From the NCBI GenBank assembly GCA_041660185.1, contig JBAZWU010000011.1, positions 28,883 to 92,882 on the forward strand: 64,000 nt of DNA. The letters run 5' to 3'. The stretch's first letter is position 1. Each line of letters starts with the position of its first letter. The notes beneath the pieces are model-generated. The model searched no databases. It saw only the letters and a list, made by a program, of their open reading frames with translations, and was not told where the DNA came from. This DNA is from Elusimicrobiota bacterium (GTDB lineage: Bacteria; Elusimicrobiota; Elusimicrobia; 2-01-FULL-59-12). Of this stretch, positions 1 through 9,824 are shown one piece after another. The position numbers and the translations under genes were made by a program.

Positions 1-124
1 GGAAGCCGTGAAGAGATTTACGCCGGGCGCTGACACGATAAAAGGCGGGTGGAGTGCCTTTTATGCCACACTCGCCACCCGCTCGTTAAGTGCCCGATAG
101 AGACACGACACCTCGGCCTGACAT

Positions 125-658
125 TTAACGGGGATGTGTCCGTGGCGCGGATGCCGATGACTCGTCCTTGATGATGGCAAAGACCCGCCGGTTCATTTGT
201 TTTTCGGATTTGGTGAGATTGGTCGCACGCGCTGTGACCTGGCCGTACCCTTCTGCTTTCAAGCGATCTCCATCAATTCCGTACGCATCAATCAAGTACT
301 GGCGAACGACATTTGCCCGGGCTTGAGCCAGCTCGAAATCCGCCGGCTTCCCACTCACCCCGTCGGAATGTCCGAAAATATCGGCCGTCGTTTTGGGATG
401 GGCCTTCAGGTAATCCGCAAATTCCTTCAGGTCCCCGGCATACTTTTGAGAGAGGCGGGTGCTCCCGGCATCAAAAAGGATCAGGAGCCGTGTCCCATTT
501 CGATCATTCACATTCCAGTTTTCATTCACGGATTGGTTCATGGCGTCAATCTTCGCCGCGCTATCAACGTTGGCATTCCCCCGAAGGTCTTCGCCCCAGA
601 TGCGCGAGGATACCAAGAGTATCAGAACCAGGATTTCAAAGGCGGCATATCGATTCAT
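125..658 (-). CDS. OmpA family protein (OmpA/MotB-type C-terminal peptidoglycan-binding domain), secreted
   Basis: 177-aa ORF with an N-terminal hydrophobic signal-like segment. The C-terminal region (ILFDAGSTRL...ARANVVRQYL...DRLKAEGYGQ...RRVFAIIKD) matches the OmpA_C-like fold pattern. Stop TAA confirmed at 125-127. Confidence 0.8.
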   Translation of the reverse strand: MNRYAAFEILVLILLVSSRIWGEDLRGNANVDSAAKIDAMNQSVNENWNVNDRNGTRLLILFDAGSTRLSQKYAGDLKEFADYLKAHPKTTADIFGHSDGVSGKPADFELAQARANVVRQYLIDAYGIDGDRLKAEGYGQVTARATNLTKSEKQMNRRVFAIIKDESSASAPRTHPR

Positions 659-725
659 ATTTTTTGCCTCTCTTACTCTTCCATTTCGCGTAAATAAAGT
701 TGCAGGGGTGAATGACTATACTGAT

Positions 726-1631
726 TCATGGGGTATCCTCCGATGGACTTGCCATGCGGATTTCTGGTGTTGGCGAGGCTTGAAACAGATGGTCTGACAG
801 GACGAATTTCAGGCCCGCGCCCCAGATGGTTTCCTTATTCTGATAAAACTGGCCCTCGTAACGGGGCCCCATTTTGAACTGAACGAAATACGAGATGCCC
901 CGCCCCTTTGAAAACGCATCGCCGGTTTTAAATCCGATCTGCGAGATCCAAGTCACATCCCAATTGGAGCGCTCCCATGCTTGGACATCGTTGGCCCAGT
1001 AGGAATGCCAAAAGCTTTTCTCGGAGGTGTTGAAATAGAGTTCACTCCCCCCCTGGATGGCCTTGCGGCCGCTCCAATTGGGTTTGGTATGGATAGCTTG
1101 CTGGTATCCACCGTAGAACCGCAGTGCCTTATAGACTTGCACGGATAGAGTCTCCCGCCAGGCCTCCCATGAATTGCTTTGGCCTACCAAATTGTTCTCG
1201 CGCAGGTAATCGTCCCCTAAATGCGAACTGTCGTGGTAGAACATCGAACGCAAGGAAAACCACTTGATGCGCAGATCCAATGGCACATTGCCGTAAAAAT
1301 CGACGACCTGCAAATTGTGTGAGGAAGTCGCATCAAAACGCGTATTAATGGCCCCTCCCACATTCAGCTGCAGAACCCCCACATCATCGAGCGCCCAACG
1401 GTATAGTCCTAAATAGTCGCCGATATCGATCCGGGCAATCGCTGTGTGCGAAACGGGAAAACCGAGTTGAAACCCGAAATGGGGCTCAGCGGGATCGGCT
1501 TGAAGTGGCGAGAAGAGCTCATGGGCGGTTGGAAAACTTTGCGTTTCATATCCGGCTGCAGAGAAACATGGAATCGTAAGTACAAGGGCTAGGAGAACAA
1601 ATCGAAAGTTCCTCAAGCTACTCCTATTCAT
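726..1631 (-). CDS. hypothetical secreted/outer-membrane protein
   Basis: 301-aa ORF with a clear signal peptide (MNRSSLRNFRFVLLALVLTIPCFSAAG). It is rich in aromatic residues (W/Y), consistent with a beta-rich envelope protein. No family recognised. Confidence 0.5.
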   Translation of the reverse strand: MNRSSLRNFRFVLLALVLTIPCFSAAGYETQSFPTAHELFSPLQADPAEPHFGFQLGFPVSHTAIARIDIGDYLGLYRWALDDVGVLQLNVGGAINTRFDATSSHNLQVVDFYGNVPLDLRIKWFSLRSMFYHDSSHLGDDYLRENNLVGQSNSWEAWRETLSVQVYKALRFYGGYQQAIHTKPNWSGRKAIQGGSELYFNTSEKSFWHSYWANDVQAWERSNWDVTWISQIGFKTGDAFSKGRGISYFVQFKMGPRYEGQFYQNKETIWGAGLKFVLSDHLFQASPTPEIRMASPSEDTP

Positions 1632-1901
1632 ACGGGCTTACGTCCTTGAATAATCCGAATCGCCATCACCACCAGGGCAACAACAAGCAAGAGATGGATG
1701 ACCCCTCCCAACGTATAGGAAGTGACGAACCCGAGAACCCAAAGAATCAGCAAAACAACAAAGATTGCCCATAGCATAAAAACCTCTTACATGGGTATAT
1801 AGTAGGAGTAATTGATCCGGCTGTCTATATCGGAAGAGAGCTATTTTTCGCGTCTGTCATCCTATTAGGGGGAAGTGTAAGGGAAACATCCGTAACGCGC
1901 C

Positions 1902-2324
1902 TTAAATTCTTTCGATGCTGTTGACCAGCCGGGGCTCAGGGTAATAGTGCACGGTCACACGATCGCCGGGGCGCAATTCTAAAAAGTTGATTTGTCGATT
2001 ATGATCGGTGATCGGTGTATTGGTATCCAGGAAAAACTCCATAGTTGTTCCTGCGGTGCCAATGACTGTGATCTTTTGCAGGACCACGTCAGAAGCGATG
2101 ATGGTCCCGGTGATTTCATTCGACTGGACGATCGGACTTCCCTGCTTCAGCATTTGACCCTCATCCCGCGGCGTACCATAAGAACCCTCATATCCCGCCT
2201 GGACATAGCCTGAAGAGATCAGGAACAAACTCCCCCACATCATCATCCAGAATATGTTTCGCATGATGGCATTCCTCCTCATCCAGCCGAGAACGACGGC
2301 AGATACTATCCGGTGGGTTTCCAC
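1902..2324 (-). CDS. hypothetical small secreted protein
   Basis: 140-aa ORF with a hydrophobic N-terminus. No recognisable family. Confidence 0.4.
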   Translation of the reverse strand: METHRIVSAVVLGWMRRNAIMRNIFWMMMWGSLFLISSGYVQAGYEGSYGTPRDEGQMLKQGSPIVQSNEITGTIIASDVVLQKITVIGTAGTTMEFFLDTNTPITDHNRQINFLELRPGDRVTVHYYPEPRLVNSIERI

Positions 2325-2393
2325 ATATTATTTTACCATTTGCCGACGATGCAAAGCGGGTTTTACCGGCTCCCGGCGGGGAGGATTCTGCGG

Positions 2394-5300
2394 TTAGCCG
2401 AGTTCGATGGTGACGCGTTCGAGCTTGCCGTCCCGCAGGGCGCGGGCCAGGCTATCGGGAAGGAAATGGACTGGATAACGGGATTCTTCCCCGTTGACTT
2501 GAACCACCGTGAAAGCGACCGGTCGGACCGCGCCCGGACCAAACGTGTCCCGCCGCTTGGGGTTGTGATAGACCACCCAGCTCCGGTTAAACAGCCGGAA
2601 ACCAAAGGACTGCGGCGGAAATCCATCCCGCTCTTTTTCACTAAAAAACCACCGGGGCAGCGTCGGTTCCGGCTGGAAATGAAGCTCGCCGTTCACCCAC
2701 CGGAACGGCCAGCGTCCGAGCCCCATATGGAGCAGCATGCTGATCCACTCCGCGGTGGCGCCGGTCAACCGGGCGACAAATCCCATGCCGTGCACGCGTT
2801 GATCGCTGAAACGGCTGCTGGCGATAAAAGACGAATTTTCCAGAATGGACCGGCCATAGCGGTGAGGGTTCTGAAAGGCAACCAGGCCGTTGCGCAGATC
2901 CGAGAAGAATTCTTTGGCCAGGCCGCTACGCAGCGTTTCCAACAGGAACTTATACGCCATGTGCAGAAAAATCGATTCATTCTCGAGCCAACCCGGTGAA
3001 AAGATCTTATTGCGGCCGATCTCATAGGATTCCTTGTCGAGCGACACATTCAACCGATACATCTTCAATTTGCGATCAAACAACGCCGACGCGCGAACCG
3101 CCTGATAAATTTTGCGGGCCTGCTGCGGGCTGCGCACCACCCGCAATGCATGAACGGGACCTTCCAAAAAAGGACTGATCGGGATTTGTTTAAACGTCAG
3201 CGCCTTGACGTACTCGACGGGTTTCCCGTCATCCGGTACGGCAGTCGCCGGCAGCATCTTGTAGTCGACGACCTCGTTAATAAAATAGGTGGGACAGAGC
3301 CCGCGCTTCATCACCTTGGCCAGTCCGGTATCCAGAACAGAAGCCACCGCTGATAAAAGCGCCTCTATATCGCTGCGGCTCAGGGGCACCTCATTGCCGC
3401 TGACGCCGAAACGCACACGCTCACGAAACTGTTCCCGCAAGGACGCCAGTGTATCCCATGTTTTAAAAAAGTCGCCCGGCTGGACCAGGGTCAGCGCTTC
3501 ACGAACCGCGTGAAGGAACTCCGCCACCTCCTCGGCGATGGCATGGGTTTCATTGTCGTCCAGAAATTCCGCCAGATGCTCCTGAAGAAATCGGACCCAG
3601 CGGCGCAACTCAAAGGCCTCACTGGTGGAGGACCCTATCAGCCCGGGCAACCCATTCAGCGCATCACACCATCCCGGTCTTTCGGCTTCCATTTCGATGC
3701 CGACACCGAAGGGATCCAGCGTCGCCGCTTTGATCCCGATGAGCCCCAGGATCTTGGCCAGAAGGGAGGTCTGGTAGATCCGGCCGGCTCCATACTGGGT
3801 CCGGACTTTAAAGGGATCGTCTTTGCGCTGATGCAACCGTTTGGTCTTCTCAGGATCCCGGACAACCGCACCCATTTGACGGATTTGCCTGTCCACGCGA
3901 CGAACATATTTCTTGTGGCGGGGCTGCACCACATGATCATTGTCGTAATAGGTGAAATCCCGGCGTTCCACCAGAAGCCACCGCAGCCGGTCCGGATAAA
4001 CCGCATAAAAACTCTCAAGAAAATCCAGGTTATAGGTCCAGTGATCCACCCAATAACCCTCTCCGTGCGCGGCATCCTGAATTTTCTCTGCCTGCGCCAG
4101 AATGTCGAGAAAATGCTCCTGAGCCCCCTGCCGGTTATCCTCTTCATGCGTTAAACGTTCGAAAAGCTCCCCGGGGCTGAATGGCTTGGTTAAAAAATGA
4201 CGCCACCCGGGCCGGATCTTTGGCGGGAAACCCGCTTCAACGGCGTCTAACCGCTCCGAAGGGACATAGAATTTTTCAAACTGGATCATGAGCGGGTTAT
4301 AGCCGTCCAGCTGGATCAGGTTAAAGAAGGTTTCGATATTGGTGGAATCGATCCCCTGGTACAGGAACGTCTCAGACCGGCGGTTTTGATTGACATCCCG
4401 ATAATTGCCGGTCCCCTGGGAAAAATAGGTCGGCGACAGCTCAAAGAAGTTATAGTCCCGTTCCATATCCCCATGCTTGCGCGAGTAATAATGAAACACC
4501 TTGGGGCGCCCCGGGCCGGAGATCTGAAAGGGCTGTCCGCCGCGCAGCATATTATCCAGAAACGCCTGACGGCTGTACGCATCCAGAACGGGAAGGGCGG
4601 AATGAACTGAAAAGGTATCCATCAACCGGCGGATCAAGGCGGAGTTCTCCGTTCGCTTCTGCTCGGCGTAGCCGGAGGACGATCGAACCAGATCCTGAAA
4701 ATTTTTCGCCTGTTCCCATCCATCGGCCTGACCGTAGTACGATTGAATCGTCGTGGACTGGCCGGGATGCAGCGTCATGGACGTCAGGCTGAGGGCGCAG
4801 GCAGACATCGATTCGGTCTGCATGAAGCCATTGGCCCTTCGATTCGACTGAAAAGCGATCGGATGCTGAAAACTGGTGTCCGAGCCGAAGACCTGAACCG
4901 GATCGACCAGAAGAGGCAATAGCTTCCCCTGGGACAACGAAAACGCAAAGAATCCCCCATGGATCCAGTGCACTTCAGGCTTGTCGGACGGTTCGGTTTT
5001 CAATTTAAAAAACGGCAGGCGATCGTCCGCATGGGTCACCTGGGCAAACGCCTCCATGGTGCGGGACATGTGCTTGCACAACCATTCATTCAACCCATAG
5101 GGAACGACGTGGGGCAGGCCGTCCAGCCAATCCCCTTTGATCACCCGGCGGCCGATGTTCTCGACATGGACCAAACGCACCAGAACCGGAAGCGTTTCAT
5201 TCGGGACATTGAAATAGGTGACACGGATTCGCAAGCCCAGCGCGGGATTCGTTTCTTCTATTTCAATTTCCTCCGGCCGAATCCTCAAAAGTTGAAGGGG

Positions 5301-5426
5301 TTTTCCCGAAGCCGACATCTGGAAGGGTTCATAGATCACTTTGGACGGATGCGACCGGAAAAAGCTTCGAAAACCCAAGAGAGGCGTCGTGATATACGCC
5401 TTATTGGCGGGATAAAACTCCAGCAT
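2394..5426 (-). CDS. large (1010 aa) glycoside hydrolase/phosphorylase-like protein, family not resolved (six-hairpin GH / GH94- or GH36-like suspected)
   Basis: Long uninterrupted ORF next to a glycogen-debranching-type gene. Aromatic- and acidic-rich segments are typical of carbohydrate-active enzymes. I cannot assign a family by eye. Confidence 0.45.
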   Translation of the reverse strand: MLEFYPANKAYITTPLLGFRSFFRSHPSKVIYEPFQMSASGKPLQLLRIRPEEIEIEETNPALGLRIRVTYFNVPNETLPVLVRLVHVENIGRRVIKGDWLDGLPHVVPYGLNEWLCKHMSRTMEAFAQVTHADDRLPFFKLKTEPSDKPEVHWIHGGFFAFSLSQGKLLPLLVDPVQVFGSDTSFQHPIAFQSNRRANGFMQTESMSACALSLTSMTLHPGQSTTIQSYYGQADGWEQAKNFQDLVRSSSGYAEQKRTENSALIRRLMDTFSVHSALPVLDAYSRQAFLDNMLRGGQPFQISGPGRPKVFHYYSRKHGDMERDYNFFELSPTYFSQGTGNYRDVNQNRRSETFLYQGIDSTNIETFFNLIQLDGYNPLMIQFEKFYVPSERLDAVEAGFPPKIRPGWRHFLTKPFSPGELFERLTHEEDNRQGAQEHFLDILAQAEKIQDAAHGEGYWVDHWTYNLDFLESFYAVYPDRLRWLLVERRDFTYYDNDHVVQPRHKKYVRRVDRQIRQMGAVVRDPEKTKRLHQRKDDPFKVRTQYGAGRIYQTSLLAKILGLIGIKAATLDPFGVGIEMEAERPGWCDALNGLPGLIGSSTSEAFELRRWVRFLQEHLAEFLDDNETHAIAEEVAEFLHAVREALTLVQPGDFFKTWDTLASLREQFRERVRFGVSGNEVPLSRSDIEALLSAVASVLDTGLAKVMKRGLCPTYFINEVVDYKMLPATAVPDDGKPVEYVKALTFKQIPISPFLEGPVHALRVVRSPQQARKIYQAVRASALFDRKLKMYRLNVSLDKESYEIGRNKIFSPGWLENESIFLHMAYKFLLETLRSGLAKEFFSDLRNGLVAFQNPHRYGRSILENSSFIASSRFSDQRVHGMGFVARLTGATAEWISMLLHMGLGRWPFRWVNGELHFQPEPTLPRWFFSEKERDGFPPQSFGFRLFNRSWVVYHNPKRRDTFGPGAVRPVAFTVVQVNGEESRYPVHFLPDSLARALRDGKLERVTIELG

Positions 5427-5666
5427 GGCCCCGCCTTATTACGGATCCCGAAACTGGAAAGGCACTGCCCCCGGTTGGTATAGAAAACCCACATCGGCTT
5501 GCCGTATTCGCCGGCGATTCCCGGCAGAAAGCTGGAAAAGGCGTGAGCCTGATTGTACTGCTCGATAACAAAGGAGTCCTTCTGAAAGGAAAATTTGGCG
5601 GGCATCGTTCGGCTATTGTATCAGAAAGTGTTTCCCAGGCAAAAAGTACCGTTTAGAAATAGCGGG

Positions 5667-7709
5667 TTAACGCGCGGACGAAACGGACGAGGCGTTGCTG
5701 AGTTCGGCGGAGCGGGCAGCGGAAGGGTTTTTCGTCCCGAGTTCTTCACACATCACACGCAGGACTTCGGCCACGGACCAGGCTTGAGCGGTGCAACCAC
5801 GAGGGTCATGCGGCAAATCCCCATCAAAAATCTCTGAAATGGTCCCCAGGCCGCCTTCCCACAAATGCGTCAGGAGAAGCGCCAGGTGAGCCCGCAGGTG
5901 TGACTGGGTTTTGGCGGATTTGCCGTTGACCTTCTGGTAAGCGGTCAGGAACGGCCCGATCAGCCACGCCCAGACCGTTCCCTGGTGGTAAGCCGCGTCC
6001 CGGCTCCGGGGATCCCCGGTATAACGCGACGCATAACGCGGGTCCTTCGGATCAAGCGTGCGGAGCCCGAACGGCGTTAAAAGCCGCTCTTCGATCAGAG
6101 AAACGATGCGGGCGGCACGGTCCGGACTGACGCTTTCGAAAGGAAGGCTCACGGCAAATATCTGATTCGGACGCAGGCTGGTGTCGCGCTGCTCGCCGTT
6201 GATCACGTCGTAGAGATACCCCTCCTCCTCAAACCAGAACTGCCGGTTGATGGAAGTCCAGACTTTCTCGGCAAGCCCCACCCATGTTTTGGCCTGTTCT
6301 TTGTCTCCCAGACGTGTTCCGATTTGATCCATGATCCGAAGGGCGTTATACCAGAGCGCCTGAATTTCAATCGGTTTTCCGGTGCGGGGGGTCACCACCC
6401 AGTCGTTTATTTTGGCGTCCATCCAGGTGAGTTGGAGCCCGGGCTGGCCGGCATAAATCAGCCCATCCACATCCATGTGGATCTGATAATGCGTCCCGTT
6501 CTGGTAGTTCAGGAGAATCCCTTTCATTGCCTCCCACAGATGGTCGCGGACAAAATCAAAATCCCGTGTGTAGCGCAGAAAATGAAAAACCGCCAGAATA
6601 AACCACAAACTGGCATCGGCCGTATTGTATTCGGGGTTTCCGGAGGAGTCCGGAAAACGGTTCGGAACAAGCCCGTGATTCATCACCTGGGCATACGCCT
6701 GCAGGATGTCGCGCGCCGCCTGATAACGTTCCGTGACGAGCAGAAGTCCCGGCAGCGAGATGAAGGTGTCCCGACCCCAGTCTTCAAACCAGGGATAACC
6801 GGCGATGACGCTTTTCCCGGAAGCGCCTTCGGCGTCATCGATCTGTCGTTTCACCAAAAACTGATCGGCCGCCGAAACCAGGTGATGCGTCACATCGTCG
6901 GTCGCTTCCCATCCGGTCAGGAGCGCCCGCCGGCGGGCTCGTTCGGCGTTCAATAAATAGGTAGTATCAAAATAACCATCCCCTTCGGTCGTCGCGATCA
7001 GGACGGCTTCCTGATTTCCGCGCAACCGGTAGTGAAACGCACCAGCAGACCAGCAATCTTCACGGGATTCCAGCCCGCGCTCTTCTTCGCGGACGTAGGA
7101 CACATCCCGGTACCAGTTGAACCCCGGAACAAATTCGTCCGCGTTATTATGAAAGTAAACGGTCGGGACACCGGGATAAGGCTGCAGCACGCACACCCCG
7201 TTCCGTTTTTCAACCTGAGGCTGGAGCGCGCTGTTTTCCTTATGAATGGCGTGAAAATCACGGACCGTCAACAGGGGCTGGACCACGAGCTCCGCGACCA
7301 CACCGTCCTTATGCATGGTATAGGTAAGTATCGTCGTGTTCTGGCCATGGATCATCACCAGCGATTTTTCAAGGATCAGGGAGCCGAGCCGGTAGGTCCA
7401 GATCGGCCACGGGTCGATACGGAATCCGATCAGATTCTGGTCGCCGCGCGGATCCACCACTTTCGGGTACTGATGGCAGGAAAGATAATAACGGGTCCCG
7501 TTCAGAACCACCCACTCTTCCAGACCGTTGACCATCATCATCCGGCCGACCGGTGGGCGGGTGGCGGCCACTAAAAAACCATGGTAGCGGCGGGTGTTGC
7601 AGCAGAGAACGGTCGACGAAGCAAAACCGCCCAGCCCATTGGTTTCCAGCCACTCCTTGGACAGGGCGGTCTCAAAATCGCCGCAGGTATCTTTATCAAA
7701 AGCAATCAT
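5667..7709 (-). CDS. amylo-alpha-1,6-glucosidase / glycogen debranching enzyme family protein (GDE_N + GDE_C)
   Basis: N-terminus 'LETNGLGGFASSTVLCCNTRRYHGFLVAA' matches the GDE N-terminal domain. 'GYPWFEDWGRDTFISLPGLLL' matches the GDE_C catalytic-domain motif. Confidence 0.8.
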   Translation of the reverse strand: MIAFDKDTCGDFETALSKEWLETNGLGGFASSTVLCCNTRRYHGFLVAATRPPVGRMMMVNGLEEWVVLNGTRYYLSCHQYPKVVDPRGDQNLIGFRIDPWPIWTYRLGSLILEKSLVMIHGQNTTILTYTMHKDGVVAELVVQPLLTVRDFHAIHKENSALQPQVEKRNGVCVLQPYPGVPTVYFHNNADEFVPGFNWYRDVSYVREEERGLESREDCWSAGAFHYRLRGNQEAVLIATTEGDGYFDTTYLLNAERARRRALLTGWEATDDVTHHLVSAADQFLVKRQIDDAEGASGKSVIAGYPWFEDWGRDTFISLPGLLLVTERYQAARDILQAYAQVMNHGLVPNRFPDSSGNPEYNTADASLWFILAVFHFLRYTRDFDFVRDHLWEAMKGILLNYQNGTHYQIHMDVDGLIYAGQPGLQLTWMDAKINDWVVTPRTGKPIEIQALWYNALRIMDQIGTRLGDKEQAKTWVGLAEKVWTSINRQFWFEEEGYLYDVINGEQRDTSLRPNQIFAVSLPFESVSPDRAARIVSLIEERLLTPFGLRTLDPKDPRYASRYTGDPRSRDAAYHQGTVWAWLIGPFLTAYQKVNGKSAKTQSHLRAHLALLLTHLWEGGLGTISEIFDGDLPHDPRGCTAQAWSVAEVLRVMCEELGTKNPSAARSAELSNASSVSSAR

Positions 7710-7762
7710 ATCTGTCGTGAAGTTTACAAAAGTTTTTTCAGCGAGGCGATGTAAAGTTTAAA

Positions 7763-8128
7763 TTAACGCAACGTTTTAGCCAGGAGCATGCGCAAGCCCG
7801 CGAGCATCAGAAGGCCTCCGAATAAACGCTGCAGCCAAAGCTCCGAAAGACGGGCGGCCAGTTTTCCACCCAGCCACCCCCCAACGATAAAACCGGCGCA
7901 GATGATAACGGCCGCGCGCAGGTCAACATTTCCATTCTTGTAGTATGTCCAGGCGGCCAGTATTCCGATGGGCGGGATCATCAGGGCCAGCGTCGTGCCC
8001 TGCGCCCGATGCTGGGTAAAGTGAAAGAAATAGGTCAGGGCCGGAACGATCAGGATCCCCCCACCGATGCCGATCAGCCCGCTGGCGATTCCGGCAACAC
8101 CTCCGAGAAGCAGATACAGACTGACCAT
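7763..8128 (-). CDS. TSUP (TauE/SafE, DUF81) family membrane protein, single 4-TM repeat unit (half-size)
   Basis: 121 aa. Sequence 'GIASGLIGIGGGILIVPALTYFF...' is characteristic of the TauE/SafE repeat. It is only half the usual length. Confidence 0.55.
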   Translation of the reverse strand: MVSLYLLLGGVAGIASGLIGIGGGILIVPALTYFFHFTQHRAQGTTLALMIPPIGILAAWTYYKNGNVDLRAAVIICAGFIVGGWLGGKLAARLSELWLQRLFGGLLMLAGLRMLLAKTLR

Positions 8129-8364
8129 GTAATTATTTTACCTATTTGCTGATGGCGAAGGGGGTGTCCCAGCGCAAAACGGTCAAGTTTTTGCTGAATG
8201 AAACCACAGTCGTCATCCCCCGCGGTTGTTGGCGGGGGATCTCTCCGTCAATGATGGATCCTCCGCCAGTGGCTGCGGAGGATGACGACGTGAGTGACCG
8301 CGGGGATGACGTCAAGGGCGGCTTACGCATCGGATTATTTAGGTGAATGAAGTAAAATATAGAT

Positions 8365-9054
8365 ATGAAAGATGACTCCCTTTTACGGCAGACCCTGCAG
8401 GAAACGAAAATCCTGAGATCGCCTAAACACAACCTGGCGACTTTCGGAACGACGACGTTTCATTATGTGCTTTTATCTTCGGTGACCGATCCCTCGGAAA
8501 CCTGCCGCCTTCGCGAAGGCGATGTCACCGCCCAGCGGCCCAAAATCCTCACCCCGGACCTCTGGCAGAAACGGTTCGAAGGCTTCGGCCAAGACCAGGA
8601 CGCCTACCGCCGGCAGATGGAGCGCCTCTACGGAGAAGCCCTGCGCGCGCTGGAATACACGTTCCGCAACGAGATCCGGAGCACCTCGCTGGAAAAAAGC
8701 CGGGTTACCGAACTGATCGAGCGGGTCTCTCAAGCCATGGCACGGGAGGATAAACCCCGCACCGCGCTGCTCCAGGGACCAGATGAGACCTGGGGGCTTT
8801 CCATCATGAAATTCATTATCGACATGAGCCTGCGCTCTTTCCCCGTAAATGTCCGTGAACTGGAGGAACACGGCCTCTTTAACCCCGCCCGGCGCGAAGA
8901 AGAAAAACAGCGACAGGCCATCGAGCGTCTTTTCAAGGAAGCGCGGCAGGACGTATCTCGCCTTCCCTCGTTGGCCGCGTTTCTGAAGCAGTCTGGGCTT
9001 TTTGCGGAATACGAAGACCGGTTTTTTTCGCTGATCCCGAATCAACCCTTATGA
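8365..9054 (+). CDS. hypothetical protein (co-transcribed with PduO-type adenosyltransferase; ATGA overlap)
   Basis: 229-aa ORF. Its stop overlaps the start of the next gene (9051). No family recognised. Confidence 0.45.
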   Translation: MKDDSLLRQTLQETKILRSPKHNLATFGTTTFHYVLLSSVTDPSETCRLREGDVTAQRPKILTPDLWQKRFEGFGQDQDAYRRQMERLYGEALRALEYTFRNEIRSTSLEKSRVTELIERVSQAMAREDKPRTALLQGPDETWGLSIMKFIIDMSLRSFPVNVRELEEHGLFNPARREEEKQRQAIERLFKEARQDVSRLPSLAAFLKQSGLFAEYEDRFFSLIPNQPL

Positions 9055-9824
9055 CGATCTACACCAAAACCGGCGATGACGGCACCACCGGCCTGCTCGG
9101 AAACGCGCGCATCCGCAAAGATACGCCGCGCATACGGGCCTGCGGATCCGTCGATGAAACCAACGCCGCTCTGGGCGTGATTCTGGCCCATCTCACCTCC
9201 GATTCTCAATTTGTCCGCGGATGGATGGAGGCCATCCAGAGCGACCTGTTTATTATCGGCGCCATTCTCGCGACAGCCCCCTCCGACAAGAGCCGCCATG
9301 CGGTCCTGGCCGAATCCCAGATTCAGGCGTTGGAAACGCACATCGACAAAATGGAAAAAGACCTGCCTCCGCTGAAAAACTTTATTCTGCCGCAGGGAAC
9401 ACCGGCGGCAGCTTTCGCGTACCTGGCGCGGGCTGTGGCGCGGCGCGCGGAAAGAGACGTTGTGGCCCTAGCCGTCGGAGAAACGGTCGCGCCAACAGTG
9501 ATTCCCTATTTAAACCGCCTGTCGGATTTTCTGTTTGTTCTGGCGCGCTGGATCAACAACCGGGAAAGCGGGGCCGAAACCGCGTGGATCAATCCGTCCG
9601 GCACGGCCCTCTCCCCCCAGGACATGACAGGGGACCGATTGAACGCCACCCTGCAGAAACTGGAAGCGGAAAAAGAACGGCGCAAAACGCTCTTTGAGAA
9701 GGCGTCGTCGGATATCCAGAAGAAAAAAGAAATTGCGGACAAACTGTTCCAGCAGAATGTTGATCAGATCAATAAAGACGGCGGGAAAGTCGAAAAACCG
9801 CTCCGGGACATGGACCTGGACTAA
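9051..9824 (+). CDS. PduO-type ATP:cob(I)alamin adenosyltransferase with ~70-aa charged C-terminal extension
   Basis: N-terminus 'MTIYTKTGDDGTTGLLGNARIRKDTPRIRACGSVDETNAALGV' is the canonical PduO/MMAB signature. The C-terminal K/E-rich tail is not typical of this family. Confidence 0.85.
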   Translation: MTIYTKTGDDGTTGLLGNARIRKDTPRIRACGSVDETNAALGVILAHLTSDSQFVRGWMEAIQSDLFIIGAILATAPSDKSRHAVLAESQIQALETHIDKMEKDLPPLKNFILPQGTPAAAFAYLARAVARRAERDVVALAVGETVAPTVIPYLNRLSDFLFVLARWINNRESGAETAWINPSGTALSPQDMTGDRLNATLQKLEAEKERRKTLFEKASSDIQKKKEIADKLFQQNVDQINKDGGKVEKPLRDMDLD

